64,000 nucleotides of DNA from Felis catus (Eukaryota), in assembly GCF_018350175.1 (NCBI RefSeq), contig NC_058368.1, positions 66,094,001-66,158,000 of the forward strand, given 5' to 3'. The notes below the pieces were generated by a model, which saw only the letters and a program-made list of their open reading frames with translations, was not told where the DNA came from and searched no databases. Every line of letters begins with the position of its first letter. Positions within the stretch are counted from its first letter, which is position 1. Below, piece by piece: positions 48,059 through 60,475 of the stretch. The position numbers were made by a program, and so were the translations under genes.

Positions 48059-50559
48059 AGACTATTTTCTCCAGGGTCTCAGCCAACTCATTCTTTTCCT
48101 AGAACAGCTATAGAGCTTCCTGTAGTCTCACATTTGGAGCTCAGTGTTTGGATGATCATTTTTAGTCTAAGTACTTTCTAGATGTCTGAACTTATTGAAA
48201 TGAGTCACTCGGTTTGGTCCAACTGGTCACATACAAGACCTGGCTAAAATGCACGATTTCATCTTTGTTAAATTGTTAGGTGATAGGACATACCCTGGGT
48301 GGATTTTTTTTTTAATTCTTTTTTCTTATTGACCATTGGTATTCATTCTCTTTCTGTATGTGACAAAAATGCTAATGGTAATAATTTTTTACAGAAACAT
48401 GTCAACAAGTTAGAGGCCTCAGAGGACTTCTACATAGAGCATTTACATTGATTGGTTGATTGATTAGTTGGTTGGTTGATTCTCACCATAACCATCTGGG
48501 AGTGTACAAGAGGCGAGACCTGGGAATATTGCAGTCAATAGGTTGAAGGGTTTGCAAGGGGTCATTCATTTATTAAGCATCTGCTGAGCACCAGATACTG
48601 TATTAGGCCAACCGGTTAATGGTGAAGCCAGGGCTGGAAACTACAGCCTCTGATTCTTAGCCTTGGGTCCTCCTTCTTCCCTGTTGCCCTTTCTTTGCAC
48701 CCACACAGGGCTGCAGCTTCCTTGAGGCCTATTTACTGGCCTTCCATTTTACACTATACGTGACTCTCTTCTCAATTCAGAGCAGTAGATCTTGTCCCAT
48801 CCCTGTGGGAGAGCTTAATAAGCCCACATGAGGAACAGCTTGACCTGTGGAGCAACAGGAAATGGTTTGCTCCATTAAGGGCACTGAAATGTTCCGTGTT
48901 CTCAACAGAAGCCTTTCAATTGTACCTGCCTGAGAAATGATGCCTCTCTGAAAATCTCCACTTGATCTGATGTCCGTGGGCTCTGTTCATCTTCAGCCCC
49001 ATCTCAGAGCAGGCTGAAGTAGAGTCGCTATGTTGTATGTGATTTCATCTCCCTAACAGAGCAATTTGGCAAGGTATTTTGGCACATACAGAACTCTAAT
49101 ACAAAACAAATAATGAAAGAGGAACTAGCTTACAAACGCTTTAAATATCCTATATTTATGAAAGATCTCCTATGAATAGATAATTTTGTTCACCAGAAGC
49201 AGCTATATTTTGGATAATGCAGGAGAAGATTGCTTTCTTAGTTTTGGACTGATGATTAATGTATCTGTGAGTGAAAAAGCAATAGTAAAAGGCGGGGCTT
49301 GGATTCTTCCCTAGAAACTATTTCTAAAATGTAAATGTTTGTCTATTAAATGCATCTCAGTAGTCAATAATAACATGCTTGGGAACAACAACAACAACAA
49401 AAACAACCCAGCAAATATTTATTATCATGAGTTATGTGCCCATACTCCGAATGCATAATAAAAATTTATGGAAAGGCTCAAATATCGCTGCTTAACTTTA
49501 TCATGTTTGGAGCTGTGGATTGTTTTTCTTCATTTATGAATACAAAAACATTGATTCAAAAACAAGATTTGATGCAATGAACAATTATCAAGTGTGTTTT
49601 TGTATTAAGGCTATTTTAAATAGACTTCTAAAGAACTACACTTTTGAAATCTATAAAAATTGTGCGTACTCATTATACTACTACTAAACTGTATGTACTA
49701 CTATTTTATATGCTGTTGTCTTCAAACTACACTCACTGTGTGAACTGGCAACAAGGAATGAAAAGTTGGCTTGGCGCTTCCCCTATTCCTCCTCTTGTCC
49801 AGTAATTTTAAATCACCTTAGATTATGATTCTTTAGTAAATGGTCTAAGTAGGCAGCCAGGGCTCTCCCAAAGCTGTTTAGGTGGGGAGAATATATGTAT
49901 CTGACAACAATATCAAATGAGTTCATTAACGTAGTCTTTGATACGTTCATCCCATACGCTCGTCATCATCCCCTTGGTGCCTGGCCCTGTACCTTTATGT
50001 GGTTCTCAGGTGCCTGCCATTGGGAACTGCACCTGGGCCCACTCTTCCAAGGCTATACTAAATTTCCTAAATCTTTCTGCGACCTTGCCGCCAATAGAGG
50101 CCTGCTCTCTGACTCAATTTTTTAAGAATTTATTTCTGGACCTTAAGCTAATGCATTATGCATCCTCAGGAAAACAAATGTACAAATGTGCATTCTCAGA
50201 AGTAGCCTCACAAATTTTCTCTTGTAATACTTATGCATACTTCATTTGTCTAATTAGGGGGAAAGAGGTGCTAATATAAGAAAATACGACGATACTCCAC
50301 TGTACAAGTAAGGTGACAGAAAGTATGGTTGTGCTTTCCTTTTTAAATGCAACAAGAAAGAAGGCTGAAATGAGAGTCAGACGACCGGAGTCCTACTCTG
50401 AGCTCTGCCACAATTATTTATGCATCTTCCACTAGATTTTGGATTTCTTGAGGGTAGAATTTATGTCCATTTCATTTTTATCTTCCAGAGTGCTTATTAG
50501 CACAATGCCATTCACATAGTAGATTCTCAATACACAAATATTTCCATTGGTTAGCAGAC

Positions 50560-51260
50560 AGAGAATTTAGGGTGGACCCCAGAAAAGAAGTCAAAGCTTA
50601 AAAAAATATATAGATTTTTGTGTTATCAGCCTTGAGGTGCAACTTCAAGACCTCTGAGTGGATGAGACGGGGGAAGGGGAGAGAGAGGGGAGAGTGAATA
50701 TATCGGATGAAGAACTTTGGGGCCACGAGGTTTCAAGGTGGGGAAAAGAAGAGAAGGCAATCAAACTTTGAAGGTACATCAGTTAAATAGAAGACAACCA
50801 GCTTAGGACAATGTGTGGAGGCCAACAGAGATCATTAGAACAGTGGTTCTTTACTTGAGGCAGTTTTGCCCCTCGGGGACATTTGGCAATGTCTGAAGAT
50901 AGTGCAGATTCTGCCCCTGGAGGGCGTGCTGCTGGCATTTCTTGGGGGGAGGCTAGGGATGCCACTAAACACCCTGTAATGTACAGGACACCCCAGCAAC
51001 AAAGATTTATCTGGCCTGAAAGTATCATTAGTGCCAAGGTTGAGAAACTATGGTTTCTAAAGACGGTTGAACGGTGTCAGATGTCCTGATGTCCAGAATC
51101 TGAGAAAAGGTCAATTTATTTGATAATTAGGAAGCTAGCGGTGACTTTTAAGAGAACAGTGTCTAAGTTGTGAGAGAACAGGGTTGGTGGAGGTGTGTAG
51201 TGAGACAGAGTTCACGAGACAGGATTTCTGTGATGTAAGGGAAGATGAGTGAGAGGCAGA
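50560..51260 (-). mobile_element. L2 relic interrupted by MER20
   Basis: Purine-rich antisense L2-like sequence (gagtggatgagac, ggtgacttttaagagaacagt) on both sides of MER20. Confidence 0.5.
50841..51052. mobile_element. MER20 hAT-Charlie MITE
   Basis: cagtggttct, ttttgcccctcggggacatttggcaatgtctg, agtgccaaggttgagaaac. Confidence 0.92.
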
Positions 51261-51317
51261 ATTTGTTTCTGAGTCAAGGGAAATTGAACCTATTTATACA
51301 CCATGAAAAAGGGGCCA

Positions 51318-51321
<4 letters not shown>

Positions 51322-51358
<37 letters not shown>
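51322..51358. repeat. (AG)18 microsatellite
   Basis: Read directly. Confidence 0.95.
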
Positions 51359-51366
<8 letters not shown>

Positions 51367-52329
51367 TTACAGATGTAAGAAAGAGAAGAGCAGTACACTA
51401 TGAAAATAGGAAAATTAAGGTCAAGAGCCCAGAAAGAGGTCAGGGCCAGGCTGGTGTTGAAGGTGAGGATGTAGAAGGCGAGCATAGGCAAATGAATGGA
51501 ATTTGAAGGTGCAGAAACGGGACACTGAAGAACTTCGCAAAAGATTCTTTCTCAATGAAATTGAGAAGTATACGTTGCTACTGTTAAAGGGGGGAGGTGT
51601 GGGGATTAGAAATAAACTTACAGCAGTCTTCGTGGCAGATAGGTAAGGAATTGGCTCACGATGACTGAAAGTCTCATGGGACACATTGAAAATTCAGTGG
51701 GCATTGTGCAGCATGAAAAGTGGATTCAATCATAACATTTAGAGAAGCTCTTCTGAAATGCTTTGTAGACCAAGGAAAAGCAAGGGAAACAGATGTCCAG
51801 CTATATTAAAGGCAAGGTGTTGGCAAGATATCTGTGGGTATAACATCAAGGAGCTGAAGGGAGCTAAGAAGGACAATGTTGAAAGGGTGAACCATGGTTT
51901 ATGGCTACATTAGGAGGTCAGGAAGACTATTGCCTGGGTGGGGGGGGGGGTGGTAGGGATGGGGAGGACTGATAAGCAAGGGAAGAAGTGATCCAGACAC
52001 TGGAAATCTTGGAGAGGACACAGAGCTGGTTCAGAAAGTGTGAGGGAAGATGTTCTGATCAAGGGAACAATTCTGGTCAATGACAATAACATTGTTTCTC
52101 TGTTACTGCAGAATACGGAAGAATGTCACTGGAGGGAAACATGTTGTATCCAACACCCTGTCTCTTACAATGTCTATCTTTCATAGATGTCATCAGAAAC
52201 TGCCCCTGTCTTCAGAGAGATTATAGGGAAAATAGTCTGAATTATTTCTTAATTTGCTGGCCTGCTTTGATTGACATTCTCTTCAGGTGGTCCTAACCAC
52301 ATGATGTCTACAATCCATTCTTTTCAAGC

Positions 52330-52500
52330 TGAGATACAGATCTAGTCCAGGATCTGTGTGTGACTCTACCCTTACTAGATGAGTAACCTCAGGCAAGACA
52401 TTGCACCAAACATATTTTTGTTTCATCTGCAAAATGGGAGTAATGAGTTCTACCTTCCAAAACTGTTTTGAAGATAATGTATGTAAAAATATAAATTACA
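52330..52500 (+). mobile_element. MIR
   Basis: cttactagatgagtaacctcaggcaag and tttcatctgcaaaatgggagtaatgagttctacct. Confidence 0.75.
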
Positions 52501-52699
52501 TTAGGTTTTTAATAACTTAGAAAACATATACTTATCCATCTTTATCTGTACATCAGAAAACCTCACCGGTGGGCCATGATCTGCCTGATTGACTGATCAT
52601 CTACTATTCCTCAACCTGAGTTTTCTTTAGTAAACACGATCACCTTTATTGTCTTTTCCCTTCCTGTAAACTACAATGTTCTCCTAGAAATGTCAAGTG

Positions 52700-52845
52700 T
52701 AAAAGCTTTGTATCTCCATGGGGAAATTACTTAACTATGTGAACTTCTGTTTTCCCCGTCTATGGTTTCGCAGGATCTTTGCAATGAGCAGTTAATGTCT
52801 ATATGGTGCCCAGCGCTGTGCCTGCCATACATCGGCACCCAGTGG
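52700..52845 (+). mobile_element. MIR
   Basis: gggaaattacttaactatgtgaacttctgttttccccgtcta and cagcgctgtgcctgccatac. Confidence 0.6.
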
Positions 52846-53684
52846 TTGGAAGCCAGGATGGCATTGGGTTTACGGGAGTGACAGAACTCCCCAAACCTTA
52901 CTTACGCCAAGGATAACTGTAACATTATTGGATTTGGGAGAACTTAACGATTGTCATTATTATGACCGGCACTGATCATAAACTGACTTAACTTGTGATC
53001 CTTACTAGATGGTCAACTTCTTGACACAGCAACTGGTTTTAAATTCTGAAATACATTTCAAGCCTCCAGTTCGGGAACAATGGACACTCAGTAAATACTT
53101 GCTCTAAAGTCTGGCGTAAAATCTAAGCACCACCATTAATGAGAAAAAAAGTACTTTTTGTGGACTTGTTGTTGTTGTCTAATTCTATTTCTGGAAATGG
53201 GTCCTGCAGTCCAGTTATGGGAGTTCTTTCAAATGTGGTCAGTACCTACAAATCATAGCTCTTCTGTATTAGGAGCAAAAATTAGTTGTGATTCTAATAG
53301 AAGTGTTTTGAAGCCAAGAGTCTGGCGTATTTATACAGCTTGTATTTACTTTTGCTAAAATAATTGAATTTGTAACAATTATAAGGCTGCCCAGATCTCT
53401 TTAGCAGTGGGTATTGATTGTTACACAAAGGAGATTTACCTCATTAAAAATAAAGTGTTTTAGTCATCATGGCTCCATCAACAGAACCTGGTGTCATCAT
53501 TACAATAATCATGTGTTTGATGGATATATTAGGGCCTCTTTAAACTTCATTTGTAACACAATAATTTGCAAGGCTTTCAACAGTTAATTATCTTGTACGG
53601 TACAGACAAAACAAAAGTCTCTTCACCTGGTCTGAAAGAAAACTGGAACAAAGGGCAAGTTTCACCTACTGAAGACCATTTACA

Positions 53685-53744
53685 CTCTCTCAAAAAAAAA
53701 TAGAAATTAAAAATAAATAAATAAATATAAATAAATAAATAAAA
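53685..53744 (+). mobile_element. Orphan Can-SINE tail (severely 5'-truncated)
   Basis: ctctctc followed by an A-rich/(AAAT)n tail with no head. Confidence 0.6.
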
Positions 53745-53947
53745 GGAGCGCCTCGGTGGCTCAATAGGTTAAGCGTCCAACTCGATTTCAGCTCATCTTC
53801 ATGATCTCATGCTCGTAAGATCAAGCCCCGAGTCGGGCTCCAAGCTGAGTGCAGAGCCTGCTTCAGATTCTCTCCTTCTCTCTCTGCCCCTCTCCTGCTT
53901 ATGTGCACTAGCATGTACACTCTCTTTCTGTCTCAAATAAATAAATA
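53745..53947 (+). mobile_element. Can-SINE
   Basis: ggagcgcctcggtggctca, catgatctc, CT tract, aaataaataaataaa. Confidence 0.93.
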
Positions 53948-54059
53948 AAGAGCATTTACAGAGGTCATGCTGGCTTGTTCTTGTTTGTGATTCAGAGTCC
54001 AGCGGGGTAGGAATGTAGAGAATTATTCAAGCATTTGGGGGGCCAGTATCTGAGTAATC

Positions 54060-54860
54060 ATGGAATTCTTGAGTACTTGTTATGGAATAGTGGGAAATGA
54101 GATCATGAATCTTACACAGGGCCAGGTTATAGAAAATCATGACTTCCAGATGAATAAGGTAGAATTTCTATAATACTCAGTGGAGAGCCAGGGAAGATTG
54201 CTGAGCAGGGGACTATTGCCTTGGTTCAGAAGGAATAATCTATTACAGAGAGTACAGTGCAAGGTTGTGGGGTGAGTGAGATAGAAAAAGAGAGAGGAAG
54301 AAAAATCTGGAGGCAAATAGAACACATAGAAAGATATTGCAATTGCAATTGGTCTGGCACAAACTAATAAAGGAGTGAAGAAATGAATAGGAGGTATTTT
54401 GGATCTATATGTGTCTTTATTTGGGGAATCATGAAAGGTAAGATAGTATATATGTTTTATTTTTTTTAATGTTTATTTATTTTTGAGAGACAGAGTGAGA
54501 GTGGGAGAGGGGCAGAGAGAGAGGGAGACACAGAATCTGAAGCAGGCTCCAGGCTCTGGGCTGGCAGCACAGAGCCCAACGTGGGGCTTGAACCCACGAA
54601 CTATGAGATCATGACCTGCGCCAAAGTCAGACACCCAACCGATTGAGCTACCCAGGCGCCCCTGGAACAGTCTATTTAAGTGTACTATAAACAATAGGAT
54701 AATATGGAGGCTTGCAGCTTGAGTGATACTTAAATCATGGGTGCAATTAGTTAAATTAAAAGGCCAATATTTTAAAAGTGTTGATGTTATGAAAGATTTA
54801 GACTTGTTGAACTGAAAATACTAGCAGAGAAACCAGATAGAAATACTTCAACAGAGACTT
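54060..54860 (-). mobile_element. L2 relic interrupted by a SINE
   Basis: gggaaatgagatc, ggagagccagggaagattgctgagcagggga, tttagacttgttgaactgaaaatac. Confidence 0.55.
54455..54662 (-). mobile_element. Can-SINE
   Basis: ttttttaatgtttatttatttttgagaga through gagctacccaggcgcccc. Confidence 0.96.
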
Positions 54861-54928
54861 AGAATGTTTGTTTTCTATAGTACATTTCTTTTTGTGAAAA
54901 AGTGCAAGGATTTTAATTGTTTTATATG

Positions 54929-54975
54929 TTTTATTTTATTTTATTTTATTTTATTTTATTTTAATTATTTATTTT
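54929..54975. repeat. (TTTTA)n pentanucleotide repeat
   Basis: Read directly. Confidence 0.85.
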
Positions 54976-55089
54976 GTTTGTTTTACCATATTTTCTTGGT
55001 CATGGGTTATGGACATTTTCAATATTATTTGACTTTACCATCTTGCTCTCTGAAGTGCTTGTCCAAATTTAAATTTCCATTTGCTTTTT

Positions 55090-55285
55090 GGGATGCCTGG
55101 GTGGCTCAGTCAGTTAAGCATCCAGTTCTTGGTTTCAGCTCAGGTCATGGTCTCACGTTTTCATGGGTTTGAACCCTGTATCAGGCTCTGTGCTGACAGC
55201 CTGGAGCCTGCTTGTGATTCTCTCTCTCTGCCCCTCCCCTATTTGCACAGTCTCTGTCTCTTTCAAAATAAATAAACTTAAAAAA
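55090..55285 (+). mobile_element. Can-SINE
   Basis: gggatgcctgggtggctcagtcagttaag; TSD ttaaatttccatttgct (55069 / 55286). Confidence 0.96.
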
Positions 55286-55339
55286 TTAAATTTCCATTTG
55301 CTCTTTATAAGAATTTTCATTCTGCAATACTTATCAGAA

Positions 55340-55595
55340 TTTTTTACATGCTGCTAATACTGTCTCTCTTTGGTTGACATTTCCCAGGTTACTAAAAAAA
55401 ATGAACAACTTTTAATGTGTTTAATGGCAATTTAGAGTTTCTATTCTTTGAATGTCTTATTCATATTCTTTGACCATTTTTTCCTTGTTATATTTTGTTT
55501 TTCTTATTGGTCTTATAGGTATTCTTTATTTAATATGATGCTAATCCTTTTTTGCTGGTATATGTCTTGCAGATACCTTTTTCCAGTCTATCTTT
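55340..55595 (-). mobile_element. Old L1M ORF2 relic
   Basis: ttttaatgtgtttaatggcaattt, ttgaatgtcttattcatattctttgaccatttttt, ttgcagataccttttccagtct. Confidence 0.7.
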
Positions 55596-55679
55596 TTAAA
55601 CCCCACAGATGTTCCTCTGTTTCTAAAATACAACTTTAAAGATATGGCCCCAAACTATTTGTTCATGGACATTTTATCC

Positions 55680-55955
55680 TGGATGTCTCACTTAACATGC
55701 CATTCCTCTGTGCAGCGTCCTCTGATTTCCCCTGTGAAATTTTCTGTTCTTGCCTTTTTTCTTTACTATATAATTTGCACTCTAATATATAGTACATGAA
55801 CAAAGAGTCAACATAGCACCTCTGACAGTTAATTGTATTGCTTTATTTACGTGAGAATCTCTATATTATAAACTTATGATGGCCCTTTTGTATTCACCTT
55901 TGTGTTGCTAGAAGGTGGCCCAAGGTCCAGGAAATAGTAAGTATTCAATAATTGT
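55680..55955 (+). mobile_element. L2 3' end relic
   Basis: acttaacatgccattcctctgtgcagcgtcctctga and ccaggaaatagtaagtattcaataattgtt. Confidence 0.55.
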
Positions 55956-56885
55956 TTTTCACTATGAATTCCCTTTGAAAACTGAGTGTATCATTACAAC
56001 TCACTTCTGGGAAATTTTTACTTTTTTGAATCACAGACCCTGTCTCATTTACCCTTATATTTCCCTACAATGTCAATTCTTATATAAGAGACGATGAACA
56101 ATCATATCACCATTATTTAAAGCTAATCAATACACTTTACCCACTGTTTTTCTTTACTTTTCTTAAGAAGAGTAAGGATTGTTAAGAAAATCATTTTTTA
56201 TTTATACATCTTAAGACCCTTGGTGTTAAAAGATAATTACCATTTTTGCTAGAAGTCTGTATATTTCAGAAACTAAGAAGTTGATTTGGCATTTCTATTT
56301 TTTAACTGAAGGTGATTAAAAGAACTTTGATAATAACTCCAGGGCAATTTATCAGTTTTTATGCAAAAAGTTTTTGAAACTTAAATACATGCCTAGAGAA
56401 CTACTAATTGATACAATATATAGTCATTTCATTTATTAAAGCACATTTCTTTAAATTCTAAACAAACCAGGGCTTTCCTTGCAATGAGCTAGGGTGACTT
56501 AGCTCAATGGCAGCCCCCTAGAGGATTTGCTAGTGAAGCTGATCTTTGAAATTCACACATACACTTTGACCAGATGCAGGTGGTCAAATAGCAACCACCA
56601 GACTGACTGACTTTGAACTCCTTAAGGCTTATGTTACACACTTTGGTTCCAAGGCCACTTTCCATAGCATCATCTTAATACCTATAGGGCAATGACAGCC
56701 TGGAAAATTGCAAATTCTTTTCTTTTAGAATTTTCTCCCAAGCTTTCCATTCTTTATATTTGCTGTATATTTTTATGGTGTTATTTTTCTGTTAAGCATC
56801 AGTGCTATTTTAAGTGTGACTGGCACGTCTTTTATGTGGCTCTGTAGTATCATGTATGATGCCTTTTGGTACTGACAGCCTTCTT

Positions 56886-57107
56886 TAAAAAAATTTTTTT
56901 TCAACGTTTATTTATTTTTAGGGGGACAGAGAGAGACAGAGCATGAACGGGGGAGGGGCAGAGAGAGAGGGAGACATAGAATCGGAAACAGGCTCCAGGC
57001 TCCGAGCCATCAGCCCAGAGCCTGACGCGGGGCTCGAACTCACGGACCGCGAGATCGTGACCTGGCTGAAGTCGGACGCTTAACCGACTGCGCCACCCAG
57101 GCGCCCC
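56886..57107 (-). mobile_element. Very young felid SINEC_Fc-type SINE
   Basis: CpG-rich near-consensus body; perfect 17-bp TSD gtactgacagccttctt (56869 / 57110). Confidence 0.98.
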
Positions 57108-57179
57108 TAGTACTGACAGCCTTCTTACTGGAAGTGCCGTTTTTCTTTTTTGTCTGTAGATCCAGATCACTGAAGGAAT

Positions 57180-57183
<4 letters not shown>

Positions 57184-57213
<30 letters not shown>
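57184..57213. repeat. T30 homopolymer
   Basis: Read directly. Confidence 0.97.
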
Positions 57214-58164
57214 CAGTGAAGCTACTGCTGCTTAATTTTCATTGATGATAGCACATGCAAAATTGACTTCTATGCTCTCTGGCTCATCCTGGCCCGGATG
57301 ATTGGAGTTGAGCATGTTAATTGGTTAACCACCCTCGCCACACTCAAACTGGATTGGATTAGCTACCTAATTCTCTTTGGCAACTCTTTGAGCCTATCAC
57401 AGAGTATTTTGTTTTGTTTTATTTTTGTTTTTGTTTTTGTTTTTTTAAGAGAAGCTTACTCTTTTCACATAACTTCATTGAGAACATTTGCTCAGACCTT
57501 GGAATACATATGGCAATCTCAAAAAAAGTTCAAAGGACACCCTTCGAAGGAGCAGGTCACTCATCTACAATTGCCTTAAGATCTTTATATAAATTCCACA
57601 TGACAGATTTTTCAACCATAAAGCATTACCCATTGTCCGTGTTCTAAGTGTAAAGAGCACAAGTGGGAACTCTACAATTCACGTTTGTGAGCTGCTGAGT
57701 CTTAAGTTTTTATTTTTAAACGGACCTTCGGGAGCAAAAAAACAGTTGAGTTAATCATATTCTCAGTTCCTAGCACACTATTATTATCCATTCCTGCAAG
57801 ACTTGTTTTATTTCCTTCGTTTTACCCTGTACTCCCATTACCCCCCACCACTCATTCTAATGTGTTTCATTATATTCTTAGATATATTGTAGATATTGTA
57901 GATATATTGTATATTGTATATTCTTAGATATGCATGTGCCTCGTACAATATGCAGTATTGCTATGAAGTTTCCAATTTTCAAAAATAAGAAGCTTTCTAG
58001 TATCAATAGTCATGCTTATTATAACTTGAACTTGACAACACTAAAGCTTTCACAAATGTGTAAAGAAGGTAAATGAAGGAGCCATAGAATCTGATGGAAG
58101 ATGTTCAAATCCAGTCAACTGGAAAATGGCTTCGTATATGTGAAACATTTAGACGGTGGAAGGT

Positions 58165-58350
58165 GACCTTTACTGAATACTGACTATGACCCAGGCACAG
58201 AACTAAGATTCTTACTTTAGCTTTGCAAAAACCATTCAAGGTGGGATTACTATCCCTACCACAAGTGGAGAAAGTACATGTAAGAGAGGTACTATCTCAA
58301 GTAATCAGCCAAAAGACACACAGCTAAATTTGGACTCTGGGGTTAAATCA
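58165..58350 (-). mobile_element. MIR
   Basis: ttactgaatactgactatgacccaggcacag and ccaaaagacacacagctaa. Confidence 0.7.
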
Positions 58351-58894
58351 GGTTTGCGGTCTTCTCCAAAAATGGCAAGGTGCATGTCCGTGGAAATTCC
58401 AAGGGAAAAAAGGTGTCTTAAAGAGATCTGAGAAAATTTCCTTGAGGAAGGACTATATGGCTTAAGCACTGAAAAACATAAATTTGGGAAGGCTTGTAGG
58501 AGAAGTGTTCGTCTTAAGCAAGGGTATAGAAGTTGTATTCAAGAAACACAAACCATCAACCGTTAACCAGGTTTCAGGGGTAGCCATTAGAAACTGGGAA
58601 AGTTATGCTGAATCCAAATCATTAGACATTAGCTCTTAGACTAGGAAGTTTGATTTTGCCTGAAAAGATACAGAAGTGTATCTTGTGGTAGGTTAGGGTA
58701 GGGGATAGAAACGGGGGTGAATGTCTTCCTCCGGTACATGTGTACAAGGTTAAGATAACGCCACGCAAGACAAACCAGCCACATCACCAGTGAACCTCAC
58801 ATGGCCCCATCTGTGTTGTAATTCACTTGAACATTCTCATGTTCAACCCACTTGGGAAGGATAAGACCAAGAGCTGAAATAATTGTAAAAGATA

Positions 58895-59140
58895 GTAATA
58901 ATAAATAAGAATATTTAATGAGGTCTTTTTAGGTGTTAAGCTGGGTGCTTTGCATGTATTGTCTCCGTTAGTCTTTGTAACAATAGTAAGTGGTAATACT
59001 GTGATTTTCCCGTTTTACACACTTAGAAAGTGAGACTTGTGAAAGTTGGATTGTTAACCCAGAGTCCCACAGCTAGTAAATGGCCAAGTACCATGAGAAT
59101 CAATCTGTGTCTGGTTCTCAACCACTGAATTCTATTGTCT
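58895..59140 (-). mobile_element. MIR
   Basis: gtgctttgcatgtattgtctc and cccagagtcccacagctagtaaatggc. Confidence 0.75.
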
Positions 59141-59375
59141 CCTATAAGTAAATGGTTAAATGTGTGGTAAGAGCCAACTAGTTTAAACTCGAGGCAGTAT
59201 TGGGAATATTTTATCTGATTTCAGCTGAGAAAATAGAAAGCAGACAAGTGCTCTCTAAGGAAAGGAGGCCATAGGTTTATAGAATGAAATCATCACTTTG
59301 AAGGATGTACTTCATCCTCTCCAAGTACTTAGGCAGATAGGACCATACATTCTAATAGAGTCATGTGGCTGCAAG

Positions 59376-59394
59376 CGGCCTCCAGGGGGCCATT
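59376..59394 (+). promoter_or_regulatory. CTCF-like motif
   Basis: cggcctccagggggccatt versus consensus tggccaccagggggcgcta; motif match only. Confidence 0.35.
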
Positions 59395-60344
59395 TAGCCA
59401 TCTCCTTTTTGCACCTGAAGGTTTTTTAAAGATTTGAAATGCATAGGTAATGAGGTTGATATCAGAGGGAAGGGGGTCAAAGCTTTAGTATTATGTGGGT
59501 TCAACAGTTATGAGGGAGTTGGTCCCCGCTGAATTTTTGAAGCAAAAGGAAAATAAATCTCTTCAAACAAGGGAGCTACTTTTTCCTTCATTCATTTAAC
59601 ATAATTCCTCTGCCTCAGGACCAATCTTTCATGCTGGGGAATAGACTCCTGGACTCTTCCTCAGGTCTGAGAATGTCCTGAGCTAGGCACAGAGAGAATG
59701 CAGTCGTCTGTGTTTCAGGGGGAAGACATGCTGCTTGTTAATTACGTGTGCACTGGTGTCTCATACGGGCCCGTGTGTTGTAGAGGAGAGATCACTGGCC
59801 TGGTAGCTGGCATTCTTAAGTCCCCAACACAAACCCACAAATGATTCAATGTGGATGCTTACTAAAGAATATTTATACTTTTTCCACTTTCTTGAACTGT
59901 ATAAAGAGTAGACATCTCAGCTTTATACAATATGTGCAGTCCTGCGTAGAAATCACATCTTAGTAAATAAGAAAATATACTTTCTGTTCACTGAAAGAGC
60001 TTGATATTTATAGAAATCCTAAGGTGATTCTTTTCACTCCTTGAGTTATGTAATCTTATGTATTGAGATTTTTTTAATGACTTGCCCCTTGCTTATTTCA
60101 TAGAAATATTTTAAGAATTCCATATTTGGAAAACCCTAACTTTCTGAGATTGATATAAAAATGAGGCTAATTATTAATAAGAAGTAATTATCAGCATTAT
60201 AATGGCTTTGGTAATTTAGTTATAAATTGAGCATTTTAATAAGTTGTTTACCTGGGAGAGAAGAGAAATAATTAATTAAGTAGTTAATAGTTATTGAATG
60301 CTGGGTACTTTACATATACTAGCTCATTTAATCTACACAAAACC

Positions 60345-60475
60345 CTATTCATTAAATCAACGCATATTGACGAAGTGCCTGCTACAGGCCAGGAGTCGTG
60401 CTCGATATTGGGGACATAATGATGAGTGAGACAGATACAGGCTCTGAACTCATGAAGCTTAAGAACTAGAGAAAA
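60345..60475 (-). mobile_element. L2 3' end
   Basis: attcattaaatcaacgcatattga, gtgcctgctacaggccagg, ctcatgaagctta. Confidence 0.7.
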
